64,000 nucleotides of DNA from Tubiluchus corallicola (taxonomy: Eukaryota > Animalia > Priapulida). Of this stretch, positions 1 through 11,600 are shown one piece after another. A program made the position numbers and the translations under genes. How positions within the stretch are numbered: the first letter of the stretch is position 1; every line of letters starts with the position of its first letter. The stretch spans positions 1 through 64,000 of the forward strand of contig JAQGDQ010000351.1 in the NCBI GenBank assembly GCA_030141605.1. The letters are read 5' to 3'. The notes beneath the pieces are model-generated. The model worked only from the letters and a program-made list of their open reading frames with translations, did not search any database and was not told the origin of the DNA.

Positions 1-900
1 CATCATTATTATAAAGTTACTTTTTTCTAAAACGTTTATGTTTCACTATGTCGTACTCATAATTCTCGACAGAAATCGCCAGTTTCCTATTTGGGCTGCC
101 CCTGTACGACACTGCTTTTTCGCAAATTTAGCACGTGTGTCCTACTTCGGCTAGTGGGTTACTCGGAGCCCTACAGATAGATTTGGCTGAAGTTGTTGAA
201 CATCATTATTTATCTTACTTAGCTATTCAAGTTGTTTTAGGCTTGCCAGTTGGTTGTTTGCTAGGTTTTGAGGCTTCCGTTAAGGCGATTCTTTTGGTGC
301 TTCATTTGGTAATCTCATAGGATGTCCTAGCCATCATAATCTTCCGATCATGACTTATGAACTCCAATAAATTTTTATAAGTTCATAACATCTTTTCAAC
401 TTTTATAAAAGGCAATATGAAAAATCATCCTAGTTAGCCTCATGGCTTTTAATTTATTCATTTTTATTTTATTGCAGCTATATCGACGACTATGACAGCG
501 ATCAGAAAAAGCACCAAAAATTGTTTCGTTAAAGACAAAAATAAGATGAGGCAGTACTAACTGACAAGGAAAAATTTCTTATAATACTACACGGTTACAC
601 ACACTCAAACATGCAGTACACAGTCTTGATTGGAGTTTTCATTTTTATGTGATTATTATTGTCATTGTTGCTGGTGATACTGCTGCTTGAGTGCTTGTCT
701 GAAACCCATTTATTGTGGCTGAAATATCAAAATGTCTACCGGCCAATTTGTTTAAGAAGCGACTCAGACCATATACCCGGGACCATGATTTACACTGGAT
801 CTGAGAATAGGACCACAATTATGTCATATCTTGTTTAACTTGTAGTAACACTACTGAAGTTAGCACAACCTTTTTTGATCATAACACAGCAGCTGCAGGA

Positions 901-1292
901 TAGGGGTGAGCATCGAACGTTCGAGTTCTTTTTAGTTCGAACTCGATTCGAATCCAAAACTATAGATTCGAATAATTCAGCACTTCAATCACATATGTTC
1001 CTGATCACTAAAACGATTGAAACAACATGCAATTAGCATAATTTAGCTGTGATTTCTGCGCACAACTTTAAGCAAATTACTAGTCGTTTTATTGCAGAAC
1101 AAAATCTACAATCTACATGATCTTTGTAAGACTAATTTTTACTGGTGGTTCGAAAACTTGTTCGAAAATCGTTCAATCTCAATTCGAATTCGGTTCAAAT
1201 TCGAAACACTGAAGTTCGGTTCGATTCGAATTCGAAAGTCACAAATTCGGTTCGATTCGAATTCGCTTTCTGGTAGAGAATGCTCACCCCTT
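901..1292. mobile_element. hAT-like MITE (392 bp), copy in left IR arm
   Basis: TIRs TAGGGGTGAGCAT / ATGCTCACCCCTT, 8-bp TSD CTGCAGGA (893-900, 1293-1300), dense subterminal TTCGA(A) repeats. Confidence 0.85.
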
Positions 1293-1650
1293 CTGCAGGA
1301 TAGCCAACAGCAGCAGTAGCACCACCACCACTGCCATCATAACTCATATTTTATTAAAGGCAGTATTTCTTCAATTTCTGTGTCTTTTATGATTTTTTCT
1401 TGTGCAACTCAGTTTTACCGTGCACCGACTGCAAAACGTCTGGGGCAAGCTGTTCCTAGATAAATGCATATAAAAAATCATTAAAATTGCCGCAATAGTC
1501 ACTTCCTCTTTTTACACTTTGTTCGCAAGCATGTATGAGTTCGTAGCCTTTGCCCGAAATCAAGTTTGTGCATATTATACACCGACACGCGTCTCGTATT
1601 AAAAGCGTTCTTCTACTGCTGATTTATGGAGACCGTGGTTCAGATTGGTC

Positions 1651-1748
1651 TGCCTTCAGACAGGTTTATTTTATTTTTTAACTTTTATTTTAGAATTCTG
1701 CCTGCCCAATGTCTACAATAGACGTGACGAGCGTATGATGATGATGAT
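1651..1748 (+). mobile_element. 5'-truncated retroposon (SINE-like) 3' end with (TGA)n tail; mirror of 5238-5335
   Basis: Flanked by 13-bp direct repeat GTTCAGATTGGTC; ends ...CAATGTCTACAATAGACGTGACGAGCGTA(TGA)n. Confidence 0.7.
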
Positions 1749-3299
1749 GTTCAGATTGGTCATATCTTCTTTACAATCTTCGTTGCAATGACATCAGCAC
1801 TTAGAGTTGTGTATGGTCCCTTCTCATATTCATCGATAGATGGTGCATTGACAGTATCAGCTGAGAGTGAATTCCATATGGATGGGCCATACGAGAGACA
1901 AAAAGATGACAACTGATGTTGGTTCGGCTATATTCGATGAAGAGTTTGGAACCATGGCCTGTATGGTCTTGAGAAGAAATTTTGTACAATTAAGAATCCT
2001 TTCAGAATTTTATAACAATTGACAAAATCAGCAGTACATCGGCGTTGTTCCTCACTGAGAGGACATCACTGCAGGATGTGCATCGTGGACTAGCCTCATA
2101 CACCTGTCTTGAGTTTTCTCCAAAGCATCTTTGAGAGTAACAACTGCGGTGACTACACTACTGATGCATATTCCAAAATAGTATGAGTAACTGCTTTGTG
2201 TAGAGGGACTATAATATTAGCAGATCTTGATACTGCACAGCTTTTGATCATACCAATTCGACGATTGTTGGTTTTTGTGTGGGTTTTTTGGTTTGGTTGT
2301 GTGTTGTTGTTTTTTTTGTCCACTAATAAAACGATTTGACATTGGCAGAACTTGGCAGTGGTACAATGTTTGTTCAAGCGTCCGTGGATGTGTAGTTATA
2401 TTGTGGACTATTTAGTTCTATAAATGGGCATTCTATGAAAATAAGGTTTACTGGGCTAAACTTCTTGGCCTTGCCAGCCTGCAGTAATAAAATTTCGTAA
2501 GTTTTAAACTGTTACCTTATTAGTTACCTGACTGGAGGATTTGTGGCTTCAAATTACAATTACCCTAGCAACTGGTCTTATAGCATATAGCCACCAATCA
2601 CTGACTAGTGTCATAGAAAGTTCACAGTTTAATTACGTTTTACATTCATAACTACTACCATCAGTACAGTAGTTAACAACATCAGGCATCAAAGTGCTTG
2701 GACGTGTGAAATATTTTGCAGACTGATTGTTTACAAGGAACAGCATCAAACATTATGTAACGAAGTTTTATCATGCTAAACATAGAGGTCCATCACCGGG
2801 TCGCCAATTTTTGATCTTTGGGACACTTGTACGATTTTCCACATGTGCTTACCTTTTACTTTCTAGCCATTTAAGCTTTAATTACCATTAAAATTAAAGG
2901 CAGTATTTAAGGCGGATGATTTGATCATCTTTCCTTTGGTATAAGTTATTTACATTTTTTATTGTAATTAGACAATTACTACATAATCATGGGAAAAAGT
3001 GAAAAATTAATCAACTTCAAAAGCCACTTTCACCAATCAATGAGCCACCCTTAATTACGTAAAAAGCAATAAGATAATAGTCACGGTAACCAGCCACAAA
3101 ATGGTACTTACATTAATCAAAAAGGTTTCATAAAATTAACTGACTTACTCAGCACCATTTTAGATCTTATGTTTTAGTTTTTAAAGCAAAAGCTAATAAA
3201 AGTCGCCTCTGAAATTTGTGGCATGTGACTTCTTTAAATAGTGTGAATATCTGAATATACACGAGCTACTCAACACTTGCGACCACCTATTCTTGATAC

Positions 3300-5190
3300 C
3301 CGGAAACAGTATGAGGAAAAATTAAAATCAGTAAGAATGGCAAGAAATTTTTTCGTTACAGCAAACGCGTTTTAAAACCCGTGAACAGTATAAGCAGAAT
3401 CGTAAATCAACAAGATATTGTCACCAATCCTGCCACTATTGCTTCTACAATAAATGATACTTTTGCCTCTTTTTTTTTGCTCAAGAATCTGAGAACATTG
3501 AAATACCCATCTCATCTGATGGTTGGAATTGCAATAGTATAACTAATGTTGTCTTTTCGATAAATGAGGTATATCTCAAACTCATTAAGTTATTAGCCTT
3601 TTAAAGTCATAGGCTCAGACAATGTTCATGGTTTTAATGACTGTGCCCTCCAGCTTGCTTTACCACTGTTTTTGGTTTTTAAGAAAAATATTGACTCTTG
3701 CGAAGTTCTGTTAAACTATCTTGTCTCAAATGTCACTCCTGTTCCGAAGAAATCTTCTGCAACTCCTTCATGCTATGACTTAAAGCCTATTTTTTTAACA
3801 TCAGACGGTGCCAAATGCCTTGAGTCCAGTATATGGAATGAAGCACTTCTATTTCTTGTCAGGTCTGAACATATTTGCAAAAATCAGCATGGTTCATTAC
3901 CAAATCACTTTGTTGTAACTAATTTACTCTCTTGCTTAAATAAATGGACTAAATTTTTTGATGATCCATTCATACCTGGTATTGATATTTTATACTTAGA
4001 CTTTAGAAAAGCTTTTGACTCTGTGCCTCTAAGATGGTTACTGCTCAAGATAGAGTTCTCAGGAATCCGTGATAATTTATTAAAGTGATTTGATTTTTCT
4101 TAACTCATTGTAGACAACAAAATGTTATTAATGGTATAACTACAACCTAACAACCAGTAGCTAGTGGAATCCTCCAAGGTACCCTTTTTGGCCCTTACTG
4201 CTTTCATATTTTTATAAATGACATTACTAATTGTGTGTCTCCTGGTACAAGCATTTCTTTATTTGTAGATGATCTTAAGCCCTATCGCCCAATCTGGGGT
4301 GACATATACTAATTTATTTTACAAAATGATCTCAATGAAATTGAAAAATGGTGCAATGAATGGTTGATGCAACTTAAGAGAAGTGTTGCTTATTACGTGT
4401 GTGGAATAAATCTCACACACCAATGCTCTCACACTAATATCAGAGCTCATTTCTTCTCTTCTCGTGTCGTGGGCCCTTGGAATTCACTTAATAGTGAAAC
4501 AGATGACGCATCAAATCTGCCGCAATTTCGCAAATTGTTGAGGAAAGACCGTCAATAACCATGTTGTGGTTAGGTCTTTTAAACTTTGTAAGCAAGCAAG
4601 TACCACATTACATTAGTGATGGAGTCATAGAAGAGAAATCTATTGTACGTGATTTAGGCATCTACATATCCAATGACCTAAAGTGGAATACCCATGTTCA
4701 TCATATAATAGCTCAAGCATATCGTCGAATTGGTATGATCAAATGCTGTGTTGTTTCAAGATCTGCTAATATTATAGTGCCTCTACACAAAGCAGTTGCT
4801 CATACTATTTTGGAATATGCATCAGTAGTGTAGTCACCGCAGTTGTTACTCTCAAAGATGCTTTGGAGAAAACTCAAGACAGGTGTATGAGGCTAGTCCA
4901 CGATGCACATCCTGCAGTGATGTCCTCTCAGTGAGGAACAACGCCGATGTACTGCTGATTTTGTCAATTGTTATAAAATTCTGAAAGGATTCTTAATTGT
5001 ACAAAATTTCTTCTCAAGACCATACAGGCCATGGTTCCAAACTCTTCATCGAATATAGCCGAACCAACATCAGTTGTCATCTTTTTGTCTCTCGTATGGC
5101 CCATCCATATGGAATTCACTCTCAGCTGATACTGTCAATGCACCATCTATCGATGAATATGAGAAGGGACCATACACAACTCTAAGTGCT
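3300..5190 (+). mobile_element. Decayed CR1/L2-group LINE ORF2 (reverse transcriptase) remnant
   Basis: Frameshifted pieces with RT motifs: IDILYLDFRKAFDSVP, SGILQGTLFGP, LFVDDLK (YADD equivalent), RDLGIYISNDLKWNTHV, LEYASVV, and HFFSSRVVGPWNSL-type C-terminal motif present twice. Confidence 0.88.
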
Positions 5191-5237
5191 GATGTCATTG
5201 CAACGAAGATTGTAAAGAAGATATGACCAATCTGAAC

Positions 5238-5335
5238 ATCATCATCATCATACGCTCGTCACGTCTATTGTAGACATTGGGCAGGCAGAATTCTAAAATA
5301 AAAGTTAAAAAATAAAATAAACCTGTCTGAAGGCA
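5238..5335 (-). mobile_element. 5'-truncated retroposon (SINE-like) 3' end with (TGA)n tail
   Basis: 13-bp TSD GACCAATCTGAAC at 5225-5237 and 5336-5348; homologous to tail of 47114-47312. Confidence 0.7.
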
Positions 5336-5693
5336 GACCAATCTGAACCACGGTCTCCATAAATCAGCAGTAGAAGAACGCTTTTAATACGAGACGCGTG
5401 TCGGTGTATAATATGCACAAACTTGATTTCGGGCAAAGGCTACGAACTCATACATGCTTGCGAACAAAGTGTAAAAAGAGGAAGTGACTATTGCGGCAAT
5501 TTTAATGATTTTTTATATGCATTTATCTAGGAACAGCTTGCCCCAGACGTTTTGCAGTCGGTGCACGGTAAAACTGAGTTGCACAAGAAAAAATCATAAA
5601 AGACACAGAAATTGAAGAAATACTGCCTTTAATAAAATATGAGTTATGATGGCAGTGGTGGTGGTGCTACTGCTGCTGTTGGCTATCCTGCAG

Positions 5694-6085
5694 AAGGGGT
5701 GAGCATTCTCTACCAGAAAGCGAATTCGAATCGAACCGAATTTGTGACTTTCGAATTCGAATCGAACCGAACTTCAGTGTTTCGAATTTGAACCGAATTC
5801 GAATTGAGATTGAACGATTTTCGAACAAGTTTTCGAACCACCAGTAAAAATTAGTCTTACAAAGATCATGTAGATTGTAGATTTTGTTCTGCAATAAAAC
5901 GACTAGTAATTTGCTTAAAGTTGTGCGCAGAAATCACAGCTAAATTATGCTAATTGCATGTTGTTTCAATCGTTTTAGTGATCAGGAACATATGTGATTG
6001 AAGTGCTGAATTATTCGAATCTATAGTTTTGGATTCGAATCGAGTTCGAACTAAAAAGAACTCGAACGTTCGATGCTCACCCCTA
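5694..6085. mobile_element. hAT-like MITE (392 bp), copy in right IR arm
   Basis: 13-bp TIRs, 8-bp TSD TCCTGCAG; empty site of the host repeat visible at ~12377 (single TCCTGTAG). Confidence 0.85.
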
Positions 6086-6589
6086 TCCTGCAGCTGCTGT
6101 GTTATGATCAAAAAAGGTTGTGCTAACTTCAGTAGTGTTACTACAAGTTAAACAAGATATGACATAATTGTGGTCCTATTCTCAGATCCAGTGTAAATCA
6201 TGGTCCCGGGTATATGGTCTGAGTCGCTTCTTAAACAAATTGGCCGGTAGACATTTTGATATTTCAGCCACAATAAATGGGTTTCAGACAAGCACTCAAG
6301 CAGCAGTATCACCAGCAACAATGACAATAATAATCACATAAAAATGAAAACTCCAATCAAGACTGTGTACTGCATGTTTGAGTGTGTGTAACCGTGTAGT
6401 ATTATAAGAAATTTTTCCTTGTCAGTTAGTACTGCCTCATCTTATTTTTGTCTTTAACGAAACAATTTTTGGTGCTTTTTCTGATCGCTGTCATAGTCGT
6501 CGATATAGCTGCAATAAAATAAAAATGAATAAATTAAAAGCCATGAGGCTAACTAGGATGATTTTTCATATTGCCTTTTATAAAAGTTG

Positions 6590-7602
6590 AAAAGATGTTA
6601 TGAACTTATAAAAATTTATTGGAGTTCATAAGTCATGATCGGAAGATTATGATGGCTAGGACAGCTTATGAGATTACCAAATGAAGCACCAAAAGAATCG
6701 CCTTAACGGAAGCCTCAAAACCTAGCAAACAACCAACTGGCAAGCCTAAAACAACTTGAATAGCTAAGTAAGATAAATAATGATGTTCAACAACTTCAGC
6801 CAAATCTATCTGTAGGGCTCCGAGTAACCCACTAGCCGAAGTAGGACACACGTGCTAAATTTGCGAAAAAGCAGTGTCGTACAGGGGCAGCCCAAATAGG
6901 AAACTGGCGATTTCTGTCGAGAATTATGAGTACGACATAGTGAAACATAAACGTTTTAGAAAAAAGTAACTTTATAATAATGATGGATACTGCTTGACAA
7001 TTTACAATGTATTTTTTACAATAATATTATCATTATTATTACCTCTCATATCATCATAACATTAGACTAAGTATCTCACGCTTTAACGAGAGAAACTATG
7101 TAGGGCACATAACTCGCTAACCCGTTTGCTTAGTTGAAAACAATTATTTGTCCAAGAGGGAGTGAGAAAGATTACCTGTCTGTAAAGCAAGACAAAATAA
7201 AAAATGATAATTATGCCTTAAGCAAAAGTTGGAATCGCCTAAAAAGTGCACTTATTTCACTTCAAAGAACATTAATATTGGCAAATATTAATTCTACTAA
7301 CATCAGATGTATAATAAATTATTCAACGTGTATTGACATTTCTAATTATTATTATTATTACATAAAGGAGAACGGACGGTGTCAGTACGCTTAACGAACT
7401 CAATTCGCGACCTACTCTAATGTCCTACTTGGGCTAGCCCATGTGCACCAATTGTCTTACTTCGGCTAGTGGTTTACTCGGCACCCAACACTATCTTTAG
7501 GAGTAGAAGAACTTACGCTGTTAGCTGCAGATTGAAGTGGGTGAAATACTCTGAGTTTATACCTCAATGCCTACAATAGGTGGAATGAGATTTTGAAGAA
7601 GA
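6590..7602 (+). mobile_element. RTE-clade LINE 3' fragment interrupted by a TIR element (6811-7490)
   Basis: 6590-6810 and 7491-7602 align by eye with 32230-32535 and with the reverse complement of 45885-46170; same 3' end ...GGAATGAGA(T/C)TTTGAAGAA. Confidence 0.8.
6811..7490. mobile_element. Non-autonomous TIR element, TGT...ACA ends, 5-bp TSD (Ginger/TDD-like); partial mirror at 1-175
   Basis: ~38-bp imperfect TIRs (TGTAGGGCTCCGAGTAACCCACTAGCCGAAGTAGGACA / TGTCTTACTTCGGCTAGTGGTTTACTCGGCACCCAACA); TSD CTATC; empty site AAATCTATCTTTAGG seen in RTE copy near 32420. Superfamily assignment is inference. Confidence 0.8.
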
Positions 7603-8300
7603 TTTTGTATAACAAAAACAAAAAACTTCCAAATGATATGAATGTATATATATATATTGATGGATCTTTGATTGAGCGTGTAAACACTTTCAAATTTTTG
7701 GGAATAGTCCTGCACGAAAATTTAGATTGGAAGCCTCATATAAACATGATAAGTCAAAAAATTGCAAAAAAACATTGGATTAATTTCATTTATCAAAAAC
7801 AGACTATGTAAATTTCATTTATTATCTTTATATAATTAATACATTAATTTTGCCTTACTTAACTTAATGTTGTGTGCTATGGGGCAGAACTTATCCTACG
7901 AACCTGGTTATCTTAAATAGACATCAAAGAAAATTTCTCCATATTAGGGATGGTCTCTCAAAATATACAACAGTACCTAAATCATTATTTCAAAACAGTA
8001 ATATTTTAATTTTAGAAGATTTAATTTTATTTAACCTTTCTATGTATATGTACAAAACACTTTTCCGTTTGTTTCCAACTACTTTCATTAATCCAGTATT
8101 ACGTAACCAAACACAATATAGCACATATTTTAATGAATATCTTATACCCTATTGTAGAACAAATCTTGGTAGACGTTTTCTTAAATTCACAGCCCCCTTA
8201 CAATGGAACAATATTCCTCCAAACATAAAAAGCAGCAAATCTATAAATATTTTTAAAAAATCTTTGAAACGTCATATGTTTTTGTCTTATGTCTAATAAT
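7603..8300 (+). mobile_element. Decayed L2/CR1-group LINE ORF2 3' region
   Basis: IERVNTFKFLGIVLHENLDWKPHI...KIAK and APLQWNNIPPNIKSSKSINIFKKSLK motifs, typical of the post-RT region; frameshifted. Confidence 0.85.
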
Positions 8301-8636
8301 GAATAATCCTCTTAGTTGGCGATTCGTACTAATGTGTGATCCCTCGTTTATATTTGTTCACTGTATTTGCAATAATTTTTTTTCCTTTGTTTGAACCATT
8401 CATTACCTGAAACTTCATTTTTATTTATTTTTGTTACAGCTTAAAGATGTGTCCTCTAATTCAAAGACGTCAGTTGTCTATTATTTTTACTTCAATTAAA
8501 TTCTACAAATTATTTGTATTTCATGTGTAGGCCTACGTATCTGCCCTAATTGCAACACACTTGGTACTACAGCTATAGTACTTGCCATAGCAGTTTTTAG
8601 CTATATATTTCGCAACTGGCCAGAGTGACTACGACA

Positions 8637-11600
8637 ATGAACCAATCACAAAGCACAAATATTACAACAAGTGGTGTAGCGTTGTTGATCGAAGCAGCCA
8701 GTAATGCAAATGCTGTCTACTGTGAAAAATTTTTAGCCGAAAAACCGGAGCTGGTAAATGAAAAGGGTAAGATAACTATGCAAACTTCATTTTAACTTTT
8801 GAGACTACTTTTTCAGTCATACTCTAAGTTTCCCTACTTTAACGGTTTTGCTGGCTGCTGTTGTACAATTACAACATCATTATGAAGCATGAGCTTTTGC
8901 AATGGCAGGTGGCACCTTAAAAATCTTAAGTTAAACATACATAAGACTGGTGTATAATCATCTTATAAGTCTACGATGGTGTTGAATGGTTGTGACATGA
9001 CGAGTAGGTCAAGTACAGTCTTAATGGTGAAATAATTAAGAAGTACCATTTCAAATGTGTCTAGCATTGGGACAGATGGATATGGCATGTATTTACAAAG
9101 CCTCGGCACACCAGGAGGCTAGTTGGACAGGTTGGCAGGTGGCCATAACCCGTAACATCGAGGCTGGCACATAACTCAGCCTTTTCTCATAGTACTTGAG
9201 AAAATACCTAATAAGGAGCTGATTACGCCCGGAAAGGCAGCCAGAAAGTCTTATTCGAATGGCAGATAGCTTAATAATACCTGATTAAATGTGACAACAT
9301 CATCCTTCAACCTTTGTCAAAAAAAATAACAAGAAATATACTAGTACTATAGCAGATAAAACTGTACAGAAGCAGTTTTCCTGGTGGTCACTTATCTAGT
9401 TACCAACACAGATGCTTAATTTACAGAGCCAAACCACTATGATCACTCAGCTGTTGATTTGTGCTCTAAATTTTAACACCATATGGCTGTTTTTAAGAAC
9501 TTATTGTTAAAAAGTAGTTTCTTTTAATACAAGCTACTAATTAACTTGGTAAACTTTTGTATCTTTTTTGAAGGATGGAATGGCCTGACTGCTCTACATA
9601 GGAGTTGCTTACGCGGTGACGTCATGACTACACAGGTGCTCTTGGATGCTGGAGCTGATCCAAACAGTACCAATGATGCGGGAGAAACTCCATTCCATCT
9701 TGCAGCAAAACGTGGTAGGATGTTTTGAGAAGTCAAGTACTTAAAATGAATCGTTTGGCAACAGTTGAGCTCTAACACATGTACTTTCACTTGCAATACT
9801 TACAGACGACTAATAATGTAATTTATCAAAAAGTCTTTTTGTCAATGATGCCTACCAATGATAAATTTTACAGGATACTTACCTTGCTGGATTGCTGGCT
9901 CTCTCTAAAATTAATACTATGTCCACTTTACACAGTAATCTTATCTACTATGTATAAGTTTCACTTTTGTCTTGGCTGTCTACCTGTATATTATTATAGT
10001 GAAAAATTCTGGTACCACTGTCATTTTTCTTTAGAGAAATTTGCCTCAATTACAGAATAAGACAGCATATAAGTGACACAAAATTTCAAGACAAGATTTT
10101 TAGCTTTATGTAGGAATAGTATTTTCTTGCATTTGAATAGCTGATCTTTAATATTGTGCTGGAGAGATTACAGTCTTAGTCAGAACTATGTAGAGTTAAT
10201 ACTGGCAAAGATTTTTACTCAACAAAAATTATTCGGACTTAAATAACTTGAAATATTGTATTAATTCTGAGCTTTCTTAGTGACTACATGATTGACCAAC
10301 TTTATCATTACTCGAGTTTACTTATTGGCTAGAATTATTATTAGAGCTCTTATAATTTTTTGTGCTTGTATACTTTAGGCATATTAGCTGTCATTGGATT
10401 GTTAGTAGAACATGGGGCATTGGTGAATGCAATTGATGATCTTGGTAAACATGCCATGCATCACGCTGCACAGAGCGGGTGGAGGTAAGTATAATATTCA
10501 TCACAAATTAGATATTTTACAGTTATTTGATTTGCATATACAAGTCTATGTTACTACCATTATTATGTAATGATGTTTTCTCGTGCCGTTGGTCAGCTGT
10601 CACTGATAGTTGGTGGTTTACAGCAGCCATTATCTTGCTGTTTTGAAGAAAATGGCTGAGTTTTACGGTCACTTCTTATACTTTTATGCATTAAAAGAAG
10701 CAAAATTGAAAAGGCTATTCTGCTAGTGTAATTGTTCTGTTACAATCAGGATTTCAATTTACCACACACTTTTATTTTAGTAATTTCAGCTTGAATATTA
10801 TAATTTTAATTTTAGTGATTATTTGGTTCAACCTGTATTTTTTAAATGAATACATATCATTAATCAGCGCTAAATGATCGGATAATAGGTTTATAGTAAA
10901 CTGATGTAATTGCTTCTCACGTGAAGACAGTCATGTAGTCATTGAAATACAAGAAAACATTTGTGAAACTAATTAACTTTCTGAATGAAGGAGTAACTTA
11001 GCAATTATTTAATGTCATGCATTTAATTTTTGTAGCATAGTTATGCATTATCTAACGGAAGTTCATCAAGTAAGTTATAACTGTGCTGACAGCCGACTGC
11101 AGACTCCGCTGCACATAGTATGTCAGCATGCTCATCTGGATGCTGTACGATATCTGCTGCACAATCAAGTATGTAACTTTACTATTGCAGTATACAGGTC
11201 ACAGAATGATTAGAGACAGAAAAAAATTTCTTTGTAATGTTATTGTGTTCGTTCTTCATGAAATGATTGGATAAACATGATCGGCTTGAACCGGCTACAG
11301 TAAATAATGCGTTTATGAAAGGTTCAGCTGAACTAAATGTGGGCTTATTCCTCAAAGTGCACTATATTGTGCCTTGGTCTCCCTTCCTCAAACTGGTCCT
11401 TCAGCCTTTCGCGCATAGCTAAATTTTACAATATATGCCTTATTATTGAAATTTTATTCATTTTAGAAAGTTGATGTTTTAAGAACAGACCTTTATGGGA
11501 ACACGGCATTGCATTACGCTGCCATACATCGGTCTGTTGATATCTGCTGGTTGTTGTTGTCTGCACCAGGTGGCAGGAGTGCGCTGTTGTTACCAAATAA

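Larger units (their letters stand above)
1..2265 (-). repeat. Left arm of 2265-bp near-perfect inverted repeat (partner 4721-6985); truncated at window start
   Basis: Position x pairs with 6986-x; ORF track shows identical mirror ORFs (135..320/6666..6851, 1092..1319/5667..5894, 1801..1989/4997..5185). About 8 mismatches seen, about 6 of them in the innermost ~80 bp. Confidence 0.97.
4721..6985 (+). repeat. Right arm of 2265-bp inverted repeat (partner 1-2265)
   Basis: Reverse complement of 1-2265; this arm is colinear with its flanks (LINE ORF runs through 4721, MITE continues past 6985). Confidence 0.97.

Noticed and set aside
905-1270. TTCGA(A)-rich repeats as CRISPR array or protein-coding ORF (1092..1319, 5667..5894)
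   Set aside because: No repeat-spacer periodicity; they are subterminal repeats of a MITE in eukaryotic DNA.
1-6985. Whole region as one giant-TIR transposon (Polinton/Foldback)
   Set aside because: Arms are mosaics of unrelated TE fragments, cut through a LINE ORF and a MITE, and the spacer has no transposase, integrase or polB.
7134-7394. 86-aa ORF inside the TIR element
   Set aside because: No integrase or transposase motif; AT-rich chance ORF.
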